Below, piece after piece: positions 16,220 through 30,150 of a stretch of 64,000 nucleotides of DNA. Within the stretch, counting starts at the first letter, position 1; every line of letters starts with the position of its first letter. The notes under the pieces are model-generated. The model saw only the letters and a program-made list of their open reading frames with translations. It made no database searches and was not told where the DNA came from. The DNA comes from the human T2T-CHM13v2.0 reference genome, Homo sapiens. The DNA lies in assembly GCF_009914755.1 (NCBI RefSeq), contig NC_060937.1; one strand, written 5' to 3'. The translations under genes were made by a program, and so were the position numbers.

Positions 16220-16665
16220 CACAGTATTATTCCAACTATATGACTCTTCTGAAAAAAGTAAAACTATGAAGACAGAGTAAAGATCAATGGCTGCCACAAG
16301 TTGCTAGGGAGAAAGGGAGAGATGAACAGGCATAGCATAGAGAATTTTTAGGGCAGTGAAACTGTTCTGTCAATAATATAACAGTAATAGATACATGTCA
16401 TGTCATTATACATTTGTCCAAATTCACAGAATGTACAGCATCAAGAGTGAAGCCTGATGTAAACTATGAACTTTGAGTGATTATAATGTGTCAATGTAAG
16501 TTCATCAGTTGTAACAAATGTACCACACTCTGGTGGAAAATACTAATAATGGGGGAGGCTATGCATGTGTTGGAGGCATGGAATATACAAGAAATCTCTG
16601 TACCTTCCTCTCAATTTTGCTGTGAACCTAAAACTGCTCTAAGAAATAAAGTTATTGATTTAAAA
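16220..16665 (+). mobile_element. Old L1MC-type 3' end
   Basis: GGGCAGTGAAACTGTTCTGT..GTAAACTATGAACTTTGAGTGATT..GAAATCTCTGTACCTTCCTCTCAATTTTGCTGTGAACCTAAAACTGCTCTA. Confidence 0.75.
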
Positions 16666-16677
16666 AAGATATTCACA

Positions 16678-17340
<663 letters not shown>

Positions 17341-17898
17341 TAAAGATATTCACTGAACCTGTTATGATGATATATTTAAGCAAGAGACAGTGACCCTAGA
17401 AATTGGAGATCATTGAAGACCAAAGTGACAGCATGTGGTCATTATATTTCTCAAATTGAAGTATATGAAATATATAAAATAAATAAATTTAATTGCATGC
17501 TTAGGTAAGAAAATATTGTTAAAAATGATTGAATATCTTATTTCATAATTCTAAACAGGGATTTAGCACAATATGAAAACTAGATTATTCATGTAATCAA
17601 AATAAAATACAATTTTTATTCTAATTTTAACTCAAAAATTATTATGCTTATTTAATTTAACAATTCTACTGAAAGCTTAATGAGATAAAAAGGACAGATT
17701 ATAATTACCTAACATTGCTATGGTAACTTATATACAAATACCTGTTAGTCACCAAAAGTCAAAAAGTAACCAGCATTGCAACTTAAGATGGATCATACAA
17801 CAGAAATTAGTACCAAGTTACCTTATCTTATAATATTATGTCTTATTAAAATGAAATTTTAAAACAAACCCAAAAATTAAATTGGGGCTATAAGCGTT

Positions 17899-18437
17899 GT
17901 GCAGAAAAGATTTCATATAGCAGGCAAGAGACTGCCATCCTTAGAAAGGCCTGCATGCAAGGCTGGCCCTTGGCTGGTGTTAAGGAAATTGGAATTGGGA
18001 GGGTTTCCACCATTCCCTGAGAAGAGTGGCTCACTGTGTCTAAAGTGTTTATAGAAACAGTGTGGTTACTCTGAACATCTGCTTTCCTTGTACGAGTCTG
18101 GAATTTGGGTACATGTAAGGCAGAGTAATTTCCACAGAAAAACTTGGATACTTCGTCTCTAATGAGACTCTGGTACTGGTAGACATCACTGCACATATGT
18201 TGTCAAAATGTGGGCCTGGGAGAATTAAGCAGATCCCGGGCACTCCACAGGAGAGAACTCCTGGAGGCTTGAGCCTGGTTTCCTCCAGAATTGACCACAA
18301 GCACCTTTTTCCTCTACTAATTTTGCTTGTCCCCTTTCTTGTAATCAATTAAAGATCTGAGTATGACTATTTGCTGAGTCCTGTGAGTCCTTCTAGTGAA
18401 CCATCAAACCTGGGGTGGTCTTGGGAAACCTTGACAC
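17899..18437 (+). mobile_element. MER21-family solo LTR
   Basis: TGTGCAGAAAAGA..ATAGCAGGC..GACTGCCATCCTTAGAAAGGCCTGC..GGCCCTTGGCTGG start; ends GGGGTGGTCTTGGGAAACCTTGACACA. Confidence 0.75.
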
Positions 18438-18802
18438 AAATACATTGTGTAAGATTTGTATTAAGTTGATATGATATATGTAACTGTAATCAGATGGCTA
18501 TTTCACAGAATAATTTTCCCTAAACTGTTTTTCTTTTCTTTTTTTCCCTTGATATTTGACTTGGAGATTCTTGTATTTCTATATCTATCCACAGGAATAA
18601 AGCCATAAAAGGAATAAATGACACAATAATATCAGAAAATAATGTGGAATAAGCAGCAATCCTATTTTAACTGAATAAAAAACAGAGAATCTGGGTGATT
18701 GACAATATGTTGTACAATATGAATGTTTCTAGAAAAAATAATGAAAAGGTGGTCAATTTTCTGCAACTCAACTGGGCTTAATTCCTTTTTATAATAATTG
18801 TG

Positions 18803-19325
18803 CAGGTCAGGTGCAGTGGCTCACACTTGTAAATCCCAGCATTTTGGGAGGCTGAGGCAGGAGGATCACTTGAACCCAGAAGTTCCAGACCAGCCTGGCA
18901 ATATAGTGAGACCTCATCTATTAAACAAAAAAAAACAAAAAACAAAAAAAACCTTAAAAAGAAAATTAGCCAAGTGTGGTGGTGCATGCCTGGGGTCCCA
19001 GCTACTTGGGAGGCTAAGGTGAAAGGTGAAAGGATCATTTAAGGCCAGGAAGCAGAAGTTGCAGTGAGCCAAGATGGCACCACTGCACTCCAGTGCAGAG
19101 CAACAGAGGGAAACACTGTATCAAAAATAAATAAATAAACAATTGTGTATCAGGCCAGATATAACCATACAAAACTGTAGTCCCAGCTACTCAGGAAGAT
19201 GAGGTAGGAGGACTGCTTGAGCCCAGGAGTTCAAGGCTACAGTGAGCTATGTTTGCACCAATGAATAGACACTTTATTCTAGCCTAGGCAACATAGAGAG
19301 ACCCCATCTCCTATAATAATAATAA
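18803..19325 (+). mobile_element. AluJ-like element followed by an Alu monomer (FLAM-like)
   Basis: Alu consensus motifs. Confidence 0.8.
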
Positions 19326-19935
19326 TTGATTAATTGTGCATCATTCAAGTAAATTGTATAACTGGAGAAAAACATATGACTATTGAATATACTATAATAG
19401 TCTACTACTGATCATAGAGTTTCTGTTTACTTGCTTCTAATCTTTTTCTTTGTTTCTTATAAAACTAAAAACATGATTCACCCATTAAAGGCAGTTCATT
19501 ACAGAACAAGTCAAAAAGTCAAAAGAATTGCATCCAAACTGTAGAATGTGTTATCCACCACTCCCCGCGAACAGTTGGATTTGGTCATTAAGAATCAGCA
19601 GGACTTTTAACTTGGTGTCTGTGTGCACATGCGTGCGCACATATGTATGTGTATATGTGCATGTGTGTATGTGTATGTGTATAAACTATGACAGATAAAA
19701 CCATTTTGCTTGTGTAAGAATATGTAATATAACTTGTGCTTCTCATGAAGGAATTGCTTTTCTGTCTTCTGTGCTCAGTAGCTATCCTCAAAAAATAATC
19801 TCTTATTTGTATGGGTGCATGCTGGTTCAGTTTTACAGTTCTTATTGCCATTTATTTATGGTACCAGAAAGGAATTGCTGAGTTCCTGGTTCTAAAGATA
19901 GTTACTTTCTTAGTGACACAAATCAATATGTAATA

Positions 19936-20361
19936 CAGTTCACCCTTCAACAGCAAGGGTTTCAACTGCAGCGACTCACTTATATGCAGATGTTCTTCTG
20001 CCTCTGCAACCCAGAGACAGCAAGATCCACCTCTCCTCTTCCTCCTCAGCCTAATCAACCTGAAGATCTTGAAGACCTTTGTCAGGATCTACTTAATGCT
20101 TTATGAAAAGTCAATATATCATTCCTGATGATTTTCTTTCTAACCGCTTCATTTCTCTAGCTTACTTTATTGCAAGAACACAGTATATAATAATGCAGCA
20201 CAAACAAAATAGGTGTCCACCAACTGTTTATGTTATCAGGAAGGCTCCCAGTCAATGGTGGGCTATTAGTAGCTAAGGTGAAGGAATCAAAAGTTATACT
20301 CAGATTTTCAACTGCACAGGGATCAGAATACCTCACCCCCACATTATTCATGGGTCAACTG
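19936..20361. mobile_element. Tigger2a-like non-autonomous DNA transposon
   Basis: TA-flanked, TIRs CAGTTCACCCTTCAACAGCAAGGG / CCCACATTATTCATGGGTCAACTG. Confidence 0.8.
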
Positions 20362-20808
20362 TAATTATTTGTTTACTAAATATAAACAATTTATTATAAA
20401 AATGAAATAGAAGATCCATTTGTATAACAAGTCCAATTTGTTATAATGTGACTATAGAGGAAACATACAACATACTAACTTAAAAGTCTTTTTTCTTATT
20501 TACGCAAAAATATTACATAGGATTTTAGGGATCATAATTAAATAAAGGAATTTTTTCAGACAATCATGTTTGAGATTATAAGTTAGCTACAACTACCTTC
20601 TTAAATAAATCTGAATTTCAAACTAAAGAAGTTAAATTTTAAAAATTAATTTACATATGTATATACATATATGCACATTTAATTTACATATATTTTTAAA
20701 CTGGTCTTTTTTTATTAACACTACCTTAATCTTACATCTTACTTTTTACTTTCTAATCAAGAGTAGGAACACCAAGAGAAATAAGAAATTCACTATCAGA
20801 AGTCTTAC

Positions 20809-20864
20809 CTGGTTTGTCATTTTTAAGTATCATCTTTTTATGTTCCAAAATTTGTTGTTGAATT
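20809..20864 (-). pseudogene. ANKRD20A: ANKRD20A exon remnant, 56 bp
   Basis: gtag|AATTCAACAA...AAACCAG|gtaaga; IQQQILEHKKMILKNDKP. Confidence 0.9.
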
Positions 20865-21917
20865 CTACGTATACAAAAGTAATAAATAAAATTGCTATTT
20901 TAATACTGAAATAAAAAATATTTACCAAACATATTAAATTCTAAAACCATTTCAGGCAATATCAGACCTAATATCAGAATTTTAATATCCCATATACTTC
21001 AAATTTTTAAACCTTACAAGCTTATTAAGCTTATAATTAAAGAAGAAAAAAAGTGAAGTACTCATAAATGGAGGAAGCATAGCTCAGTAAATGAACTCTA
21101 GTTAGCTGGACATCATGTAACATGTCCTGCACTCAGAATAAATCCTCACTCTGTAATAGATATTTTGTTTTCAGACAAGTTGCTTCTCTTAGGCTCCCTG
21201 GTTTCTTCTAAAAAATAAGGATTTTGCTACCTTACTTCAGTAGGTTGTTAGGAAGATGTAATAAGATTACATGTTTAAATGTTCAGGAAATAGTAAAGCA
21301 ATGGAATGATTTATTCTTGAACTTTATTGCTTGGTGTGTGTTTTTCTATAAGTTCTAATATTCAATTGTTGCAGTTTTCAGAAAATGTTATTAAGTGCTA
21401 ATTTTGGTTATTAAGTTGTATTCTTTGTGGCTTGTAATTCAGGGCATTTTACCTAATTCATAACTAATCTGATTAAAATAGATTACCTAATTGTCTCCCA
21501 TCACTGAGCTCATCAATCACACCAAAGGCAGAAAACTAATAGGTGTCAAAACCTGGGCTTGGACAACTACCTCTCCTTCTCTACCTCCTCAAACTCTGAG
21601 CCAGCAGATCTGTGCTAGGACGCTGGATCTCCATGGTCCTCTCCAACTAACAGATGAGACAAAACCCTGCTTTTATTGTTTTTCACTTCCATGAAGGAAA
21701 TGCAAGTTGACATTTTGTCATTTCCAAGACATGTACTAGCAACAAGTAACATCCCCTTATTACTCAGCTCTGTTCTCATTTCAGAGATCACCTTACATCA
21801 ATAGTTTTATAGTGATAATCACAATTTCAATATTGGGTGTCTTCTGTTTTGGTTTCACTCACACTGCTTCCTTGGAGCTACTCAACAAATAGTCAAATGA
21901 CCTTCCCGGGACTATGC

Positions 21918-22023
21918 AAAATATGGAATGCTTTCTGAATTTGTGTGCCATCCCTAGGCAGCAGCCATGCTTACCTGCTCTGTATTGATCCAATTTTAAA
22001 ATATGTGCTGCTGAAACAAGTAC
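21918..22023 (-). pseudogene. RNU6: U6 snRNA retro-pseudogene (intronic, sense to ANKRD20A)
   Basis: Reverse complement GTACTTGTTTCAGCAGCACATATTTTAAAATTGGATCAATACAGAGCAGGTAAGCATGGCTGCTGCCTAGGGATGGCACACAAATTCAGAAAGCATTCCATATTTT is collinear with full-length U6, with many substitutions. Confidence 0.9.
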
Positions 22024-22970
22024 AAAGCCCTGTTTGATAAATGGATACTCATGAGTTATGGATGAGGCTTAGCTCTGTTAAATCTAACTCACTGACTTTA
22101 GATTCAGAGAATTTTATTGAATGGCTTCCTGTGAGGTAGAATTTTAAAATACATTTAAAACTCCTGGAAGAGTTGTGATTAGCCCAGGAGATTTTCATTA
22201 TCATAGAGACACATTAATTGAGGGGCCAATTGCAAGTTGGTTCCCACTACTCGGTGGAAAGATAACATGGAACCTTCTGCTATCTAACAAAAGCTGCTCC
22301 ACAGGATGTAAAAAGGCCTCAAGGTACAGATCTGATAGCAAAAGGGAAAGGGAACCCTAATCTCTTCCTGCAACATGATTTTAACATCCCTGACTGTTGA
22401 GAGCAATCCCAACTAATATTGGTTAAAGAACAGACAAACACGGGTCTCAAAGGATAACTTACCATGAATGCCTAGGCTAAGTCTAGCTAAGATGTGGGCT
22501 CCAAATAAGGTTTTTACTGTAGGGTGAGGATCAACTTGCTCGACATTTGTGTGGGTAAAGCTAGGAGGCCTAGCTGCCAGATCAGGGTGCTGGGAACAAC
22601 GACTGAGCATAAGTACATAAATTAATAAACACCGTAGCTTTGAACTCTATGTGTGAATCACCACAAAAACTGAGGGGTCTGAATGAGTGAAGGCATCCTG
22701 GTGGCAAAGGTCAATCATTATCAGATTGCAGGACTGGTTACAATGGCAACAATACAGGAAGTGAGACCATGGAAACAACAGAAAGATCAGAATGGCCTTT
22801 TTCCCCCTTCTTCTGACTTGTAAAGAAAGATTGCCTTCCTTGGACTTAGGAAACCCCTTAGCTTCTTGGAAAATTCAAAGAAGGAAGACACAGGAGATAG
22901 CCCCACGGGAAAATACAAGATTTTCTGCTAAATTGGACATTTCAAGACCCAATAACTAATTAGAAAAGTC

Positions 22971-23100
22971 AGGCCAGGCACGGTGGCTAGCACTGTGAGA
23001 GGCCGAGGCAGGTGGATTACTTGAGCTCAGGAGTTCAAGACCAGCCAGGGCAACAGAGACCTTGTTTCAAGGAAAAAAAAAAAAAAAGAAAAGAAAGGAA
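22971..23100 (+). mobile_element. Alu left monomer (FLAM-like)
   Basis: GGCCAGGCACGGTGGCT..GGAGTTCAAGACCAGCC, then poly-A. Confidence 0.8.
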
Positions 23101-23397
23101 AAGAAGTAAAAAATGTGGCTCTTTTTATCCCATGCATGGGGATTATACTTAGAATAAAATGAACAACATTGAGATCCCTAGGGATAAAGGTCTTAAAAAT
23201 CCTGAAAACATCTTGCACTCTACTTCTAACTAATCTAGACTTCTGCTTGATTTCTGGCTAAAAGGTAGACTAACTCATTGCTATTTCAAACCATCTGAAC
23301 AAAACTAGGAACTCTCACCTAATGTATAAGATGGAATAGTTGCAATTATTTTAAACTTCAATTCAATATTAACTGGCCTTTTAACATAAACACTTAC

Positions 23398-23533
23398 TTT
23401 GTCAAACAGCGAGAAATAGCGTAATCTTCTGCATCTTGTCCACACGTCTTGAGTAAAGACATTAATATTTTGTTTAAGAAGGATGTTGACAATACCCGGT
23501 GAGTCATAGTGCACAGCAAGCATAAGGGCTGTT
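23398..23533 (-). pseudogene. ANKRD20A: ANKRD20A exon remnant, 136 bp, ankyrin repeat, frameshifted
   Basis: ttttag|AACAGCCCTTATG...TTGACAAA|gtaagt; TALMLAVHYDSPGIVNILLKQNINVFTQD, then an apparent 2-bp loss shifts the GQDAEDYAIS-like segment out of frame. Confidence 0.92.
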
Positions 23534-24021
23534 CTAAAATAACAAGGAAATCACTCCACTCAAGAACTTTAATAAAGACTTTTTTAAACAGCTAGTTTGA
23601 TACACTTTACCAATTTAATATCCACCTGTCAGTGTAGACATAATAACATTTTGCATGTACTAGCTTGGGTCTATAAGCATCTAGGGTGCTCAGGTGTTCA
23701 TCTTTATAAATTGTCACCAAGTCTAAAAGAAAAGGACAATAAGGAAGCCTCCTGTCCCACTGGGGTATGACATAATACAAGTTGCTAACTCATAGTCCTT
23801 TGATGGCCAAGAAACTGTGCTGAGGTCACTTATCTAAAGCAGGTAAAGATTTAGATGAAGATTTCCCCATTGCTTTCCTAGTCTGATATATTGTAATTTA
23901 TATCAGCTAGGGGTCAGATAAGAGCTATCTGCAGACTGAAAACAACAACAACAATAATGATGATGATGATAATACTAGTAGTCATAAACTAAAAGTCCAC
24001 ACTTTAAAAATTAATAAAACT

Positions 24022-24309
<288 letters not shown>

Positions 24310-24572
24310 TTAATAAAGCTAATACAAAACCCTTTAGCTAATAAAAGATTACAGTACCAAAAACATCCAATTATAAATAACAAACACTCTGTATTATAGG
24401 AGAAGATGAATCCTACTATATACTGTTCTTTATGTTACTCAGTCTAAATATTTGCTGATCTGATTATTCATGGTGACATTTTTCACTACATGCCAATAAT
24501 TACATTAATCTTCTTATTAGTATTTCTGACTTGAGTGACTGTTACCACTCTAGAATACTCAGGTTTCATTTA

Positions 24573-24695
<123 letters not shown>

Positions 24696-27464
24696 CTATA
24701 AAACAGCAGGAAAAATTAATAATTCACAAAATTACATATTTCTCAACTGAACTGAAAATCTTCTCTAAGGTGCTTTGAACTTCAACATACAATATACAAA
24801 GGAAGTAAATGAAAAGCAGTCCCTTCCTTCTCACTCCTCTGTGCTTTCTGATGTGCTGCTTTTTGCCTTGCAAACAACCCTCCTCTGTCTCCCCGGATTA
24901 ACTGTGGTCATTGCCAAAACTCACTTTAAACATTTACCAGTCCCAAGAATCCTTGCTTTGATCACAGCACTTAGCATGGTACATTGTAATCATTTCACTG
25001 TGTCCCACTGAAACCAAGAGCTTCTTGAGGCAAGGGCTGTATCTTTTGTCTCTATAGCCCCAAAACCCTAAGACACAGTAGCAAACATTTTAAGTTTTTT
25101 ACATAAATTAATGATCTAAATTATTCTCACTAAAGCAGTGTTTCTTAAACTATATTCCAAAGAATATTTGCCTTACCAGAAGTATTATACCCCAAGAGAA
25201 AGACTCCATGACCATCTGCATTTGAGAAGTATTATAAAACTGTATGTTATGTCCAATAATCAAGAAATCTCTTGAATTTTACCTAATCCCCATTTGACAA
25301 TACTATTTGTGGCAAACATTAACATTTGAGGAATTAAGAGTTTTAGGGGTACAGTTGCCAGAGCTTCCCAATGCAGGTGGAGGTTTTTTCTGGGTGGTAC
25401 AAACTTGCCTGATTCACTTCTATCAATGGTGTCAGGATCCCAGATGCGAATGTCAGGCACTCCTGCTCCAAATGGGTCACTATGGAAATGAGCTTTGAAT
25501 TAAGAGAGATTGGCTTCAAATGCACTTATTTTCCTTATTATTAAATAGTCCATGGGTTTTTTCCCTAATACAAGAGAATAGATTTTTATCTTTACTGTTT
25601 GAAAGCTCAGTATGTTCTGTGTAAGAGAAATAGGTTTAAAAAACTTAAGAACAAATATTTAAAAAACCAAAGCTCAGTAAGAAATACTATTCTCAATTAT
25701 AATGGTAATCCCGGGACCCCAGGGCAGCTCTACTTTTTAAATCCATTTTTATTGGCTTCCACTTAAAGGGCTACTTAAAATTATTTTTTATTTTAGACGA
25801 AATATAAATCCGAAATAAAAACATAATGGCTTATCAAAAAAATTCTCATACTGATCCATATGAATTATTTCTCGCATAATAAAAGCCAGTAAGTCACTTG
25901 CATTTCTAAGGAAGAGCACTGAGGAGAAAGATGTAATGTCTGCAATATTCATAAATTATCCAACTATAACCAGGAATAACCTAAAAAGGCTTCTAGGCAT
26001 TCTTATGGGCAGATAATTATTTGTGGTATATATAAAGAAAAGAGTTTCAAAAACTTCTAAATTCTAAAATTCAACTCCATAACTGAGGGATTTATATACT
26101 CTATAGACTATATAACAAATACGTGCTGACTTAAAAACCTTGAAATCTTTATCGAAATATACTATAACATAGGAGTTGTAAACTCAGATACTTACAAGGA
26201 CAAAGGAAGGTTGCCTGAGTAAAGGAAGTACTAAGGTGGGCACAGTAGGAAACTGGAGAATACACGCCTTCTCTAAAGGGGCAACCTCTGCACAGCAGAC
26301 CAAACAGTGATAGAAACTCAGGGGACACCAGATTTGATTTTTTTGAATAAGCCTGAAGTCCAGATATCTACACCAGTCTTCTAAATTTTACATGTTGATT
26401 CAACTTACAGAGGCAAACAAACAAATCTGTGTACCACATTAGAATATAGCCCTTGTGTTTTTATATTCGCTATTAAAGTGTTACTAAATGGTTGTGTATA
26501 ATCCAAGTATTTGCATGTAAAATATTTTCTTTCTCTAGTATCATGTTTTACCAAAAAATCAGACTCTCATATATAATAAAAATTGCTAAAAAAAAAGACT
26601 CATAATACCTGCTTCGAGAATTTTTCCAACATTTATTCATTTAAAATATATTTGTATATAATTTTCCCAGATTGTTAACCAAATAGATAATTGGTTCATA
26701 GGACTGCTAAAACTAAATTATTAAAAGAATTCATATCTGTATTTTTATTAACTCCATGGACTTCAGTGTTTAAAACTGACATTTTGGTTATGCTAAAGCT
26801 CTATAAACTTAGCAAACATACTGAGCTAGTTCATAATACAACTTCAACTAAAAAAAATAGTTTAGGATTTGCTACTATTCTAATTGAGAAAGCCCAACTT
26901 GTAATGAACATTTGTTGACACATAATCACCTGCATGGTGACAAAGGGACATCAAATCATGAAAGGATCAGCCTCTACCTATTGAAAGATTACCCATAAGC
27001 AAATTTCTAAAGACTCTGAATGGTAGTGAATGATTAATTGTGGGAAGGAAAAGGTGTTATTCTGTAAGCTGAGAGATATTGCCAATAATATTTCCTTTCA
27101 CTTCCCAGTCACAGACGTAGAGAAAGACAGATAAGTCAGGCTAATATTACTGAAAAGGAGAACTTTGAAGTAGCACCTATCAAACGCCACTTCTTCTAGA
27201 GATTTCTTATGTTTCTGAGATACAGAAATTTATAGGTTGCAATTATCTATTCTGGGGTTCTTAATCAGGAGTGTATCCAAACCTTGAGGGGTTTTTTTGT
27301 TTATTTTTTTGCTGTTATTGTTGTTAGAGGCAAGTCTCACTATGTTGCTCAAGCTGAACTCAAACTCAGGCTCAAGCTGGGACTACAGGAACATGTCACT
27401 GTGCCTAGCTTCAAGAAAACGTTTTTAAAAATATTCAGACCTTATTAGGTGTATTACATCAAAA

Positions 27465-27950
27465 TCCCTGTCACCTTTTCACTACCACCCCCCGCCCCCG
27501 CCGACCCAGCCCCAAATCCCCTATCCAACCCCAAATCCCCGATCCAACCCCCAATCCGCGATCCCAAATCTATGATCTCCAAAATCCGCGATCCAGCCCG
27601 GTCCACCACAGCCTTCAGCAGCGACACTCGCAGCCTCCGACCTCTCAGACCTAGTGAGCCTGGCAAAGCCGTTGGGCGCGCGCCTGCACCGCGGTGGCCG
27701 CCGGGCTCCCGGAAGTCGCTGGGAAGCGGCACGCGCTGGCAGGTGGGGCTGCAGCTGCGGGCGGGCACTGCTGGGCTCGCCGGTTCTACTGGGCTCGCCT
27801 GGGCGGCCCCAGAATCGCACGCGCGCAGCCAGCCCGGCCTGAGGAGGAGGGCCTGTCTGCCCTTGCGGCCCGCACTGCTTCTCCTCGGAAGGGAGATCGG
27901 GTGCTGGCAAGGGCACTTCGCGGCCACCGGAGTGTCCTTCAGGGCACCCC
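27465..27950 (-). promoter_or_regulatory. CpG-island promoter and 5'UTR of the ANKRD20A pseudogene
   Basis: Very GC- and CpG-rich. The minus strand reads GGCTGCGAGTGTCGCTGCTGAAGGCTGTGGTGGACCGGGCTGGATCGCGGA...GAAAAGGTGACAGGGA, which I recognise as ANKRD20A/18-type exon-1 leader sequence. Confidence 0.75.
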
Positions 27951-28750
27951 CCCCCCGATAGCGCCCCTAACCCGCCGCCCGCTGTTGGCCCCGGGATGGC
28001 GCCCCTAACACCCTCCCCTCGCCGCTGCAGCGTAGAACCCAATAGCTCCCCCAACCTCCCCGCCTCAGACGCTGCAGCACCAGATAACTCCCCCAACCTG
28101 CCCCCTGCCGTGGGCCATGCAGCCACGGATTGGACCCGCAACCAACCCCCCTGCCGCGGGCAGTGACGCCCCAGAAAGCGCTGCAACCTGATCCCCGCCG
28201 TGAATAGTGCAGCCACGGATCCTTAAGGCCCCCAACCCGCTCCCCACGATGGGCAATGCAGTCCCAGATAGCGGATAGCACCCCCAACCATTCCCCAGCC
28301 GCGGGGTATGATGCCCTGGATAGCGCACCCAGCCCGCACCCCCCGTGGACGGCTTAGCCCCCGACAGCTCCCCTAACCCGTATGCCACTACCGATAATAT
28401 GGTCCCGATAGCGCACCAAACCTGATCCCCGCCACAGGCAGTGCAGCAGCTGATAGCTCCCCTAACTCGCTCCCATTGACCACAGTACAGCCCCCTAATG
28501 GTGCCCACAACCCACACCTCCTCACCCGCCACTGGTGGGGTATCGCCCCCAAACTGTCCCTTGCCGCTGGCAGTGTAGCCCCCAATAGCGCACCCAACGC
28601 CCCCCTCTATCATGAGCAGTCTAGCCCGCCACAGCGCCCGAAACCACCCCCTCCAATCACCTCCCTGTACCCCCCTTTCCCGCCCCCCACCCACCTGCAG
28701 TGTATCACCGGATACTGCCCCTAACCTATCCCCTGCCATATCCCTGCCAT
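27950..28750. repeat. Degenerate GC-rich tandem repeat, ~44-45 bp unit, ~17 copies
   Basis: Recurrent core (GCAGTGCAGCCCC)GATAGCGCCCCYAACCC at about 27957, 27995, 28041, 28083, 28128, 28174, 28218, 28267, 28319, 28363, 28408, 28452, 28497, 28540, 28584. Confidence 0.8.
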
Positions 28751-28751
28751 G

Positions 28752-28885
28752 CATGATATCTCACTGCGGTTTTGATTTGCATTTCTCAAATGAACAGTGA
28801 TGTTGAGTTTTTTTCATATGATTGTTGGCTGCATAAATGTCTTTTTTTGAAAAGTGTCTGTGTGTCTCCTTTGCCCACTTTTTTG
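28752..28885 (-). mobile_element. L1 ORF2 3' fragment
   Basis: GATATCTCACTGCGGTTTTGATTTGCATTTCTC..TTTGAAAAGTGTCTG..TTTGCCCACTTTT, antisense L1. Confidence 0.8.
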
Positions 28886-28989
28886 GTAACCCTCAACTTT
28901 CATAGATTTTAGCAACATAGAAAATAGTCCTGTACAATAGAAAAATAATAACAGTGGCTGCACAGGTTGCATGACTACCATCAGGCACA

Positions 28990-29395
28990 GAAGCCTTTTA
29001 AAGTACATTATGTATCTTATCTCACTTAATTCTCTTCACAACCTCGTGGGGTAGGTACTATTACTAAGGCCAGGTGACTAGAAAGAAATAAAATTAAAAT
29101 GCTATTGAACAAGTTCTTAAAATCTCAAAGGAGTAAGAATGACTTTTTTCTTTAAATGGTCCTTTCTGGAATTCCATAGTGAAAATAAGAATCACTCATT
29201 TTATTAACATTTATTGAGCCAATAACAAGAAAGCACATTAATAAGGATATTACATGTATTATTTAATTTTCATAACAAGCCTATGAGTTAAAAATTACTA
29301 TTATTTTTATTTTACTGATGAGGGAACTGAGGTTTAGTGAGGTTGAGTAACTGTCCACTCAAATAGTAAGAAACAGAACCAAAACTCAACGTCCT
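28990..29395. mobile_element. MIR fragments
   Basis: MIR core motifs: ATCTCACTTAATTCTC..ACAACCTCGTGGGGTAGGTACTATTA and TTTTACTGATGAGGGAACTGAGGTTTAGTGAGGTTGAGTAACT. Confidence 0.65.
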
Positions 29396-29489
29396 CCTTA
29401 TGTCAGTTTGTTTACAAAGTTTTATGATATATTTTTAAAGGCTCTATTCTTTACAGAAGAGTGCACGTCCTTTAAAAATTCATGCACAT

Positions 29490-30150
29490 CCTATTGTGCA
29501 AAAGTTTCCTTAGGTATATAGCGATAAGTGGTACTGAGAGATCACAGGAAATACGCATGTTCAACTTCACTATGAAATGCCAATCAGCATTCCGCAGAAG
29601 TGTTACAATTTACACCCTCATCAAAAGTGAAGGAGAGTTTCTGTGGCCCCACATTCTTGCCAGCACCTGATACATTCTCATAGTTCAATTTTCTCTAATT
29701 TTATAGTTTTAATTTTCTTTACCCTGGTTAATGAGATTGAATATCTTTTCAAATATTGATAGAACATTTTTGTTTTGTCATCTTTGAAGTTTGTGCTCAT
29801 TGATTTTTTTTTCATTTGTCTATTGGGTTTTCTTTTCCTTTTTTTTTTCTTTTTTGATTCACAGAAGTATCTAGATACACTACACACTAACCCTTTGTTG
29901 TTTACATGTATTGCAAATATCTCCTCCAAGTTTGTAGCATTTTTTATTCAGTCTCTTTATGGTACCTTTTAGGAAAGAGAGATCATTGGATATTTTCCTT
30001 TATGTTTTGTGCTTTTTGTATCCGTTTAAAGAAATCTTTCTCTACTAAGAGGTCCATCAGTTGCGAGGTTTTCTTCTAAACATATTATAATTTTTCCTTT
30101 TATCTTCCTGAATTTGGTTTGCATGTGGATGTGAAGTAGAGATCTATGAT
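29490..30150 (-). mobile_element. Old L1M(E) ORF2-end fragment
   Basis: CCCCACATTCTTGCCAGCAC, GTATTGCAAATATCTCCTCC, TTTAAAGAAATCTTT motifs, antisense. Confidence 0.6.

Noticed and set aside
25300-25525. Short GC-neutral stretch with ORFs on both strands between the promoter and the first retained exon
   Set aside because: Not an ANKRD20A ankyrin exon, no clear splice pair and no family I can name; probably an old repeat remnant
27950-28750. CRISPR-like repeat-spacer array
   Set aside because: Eukaryotic context, degenerate repeats whose 'spacers' resemble each other, and no cas genes; it is a minisatellite
27449-28754. Overlapping 100-230 aa ORFs on both strands in the CpG island
   Set aside because: Typical GC-rich and repeat artefacts with no recognisable domain
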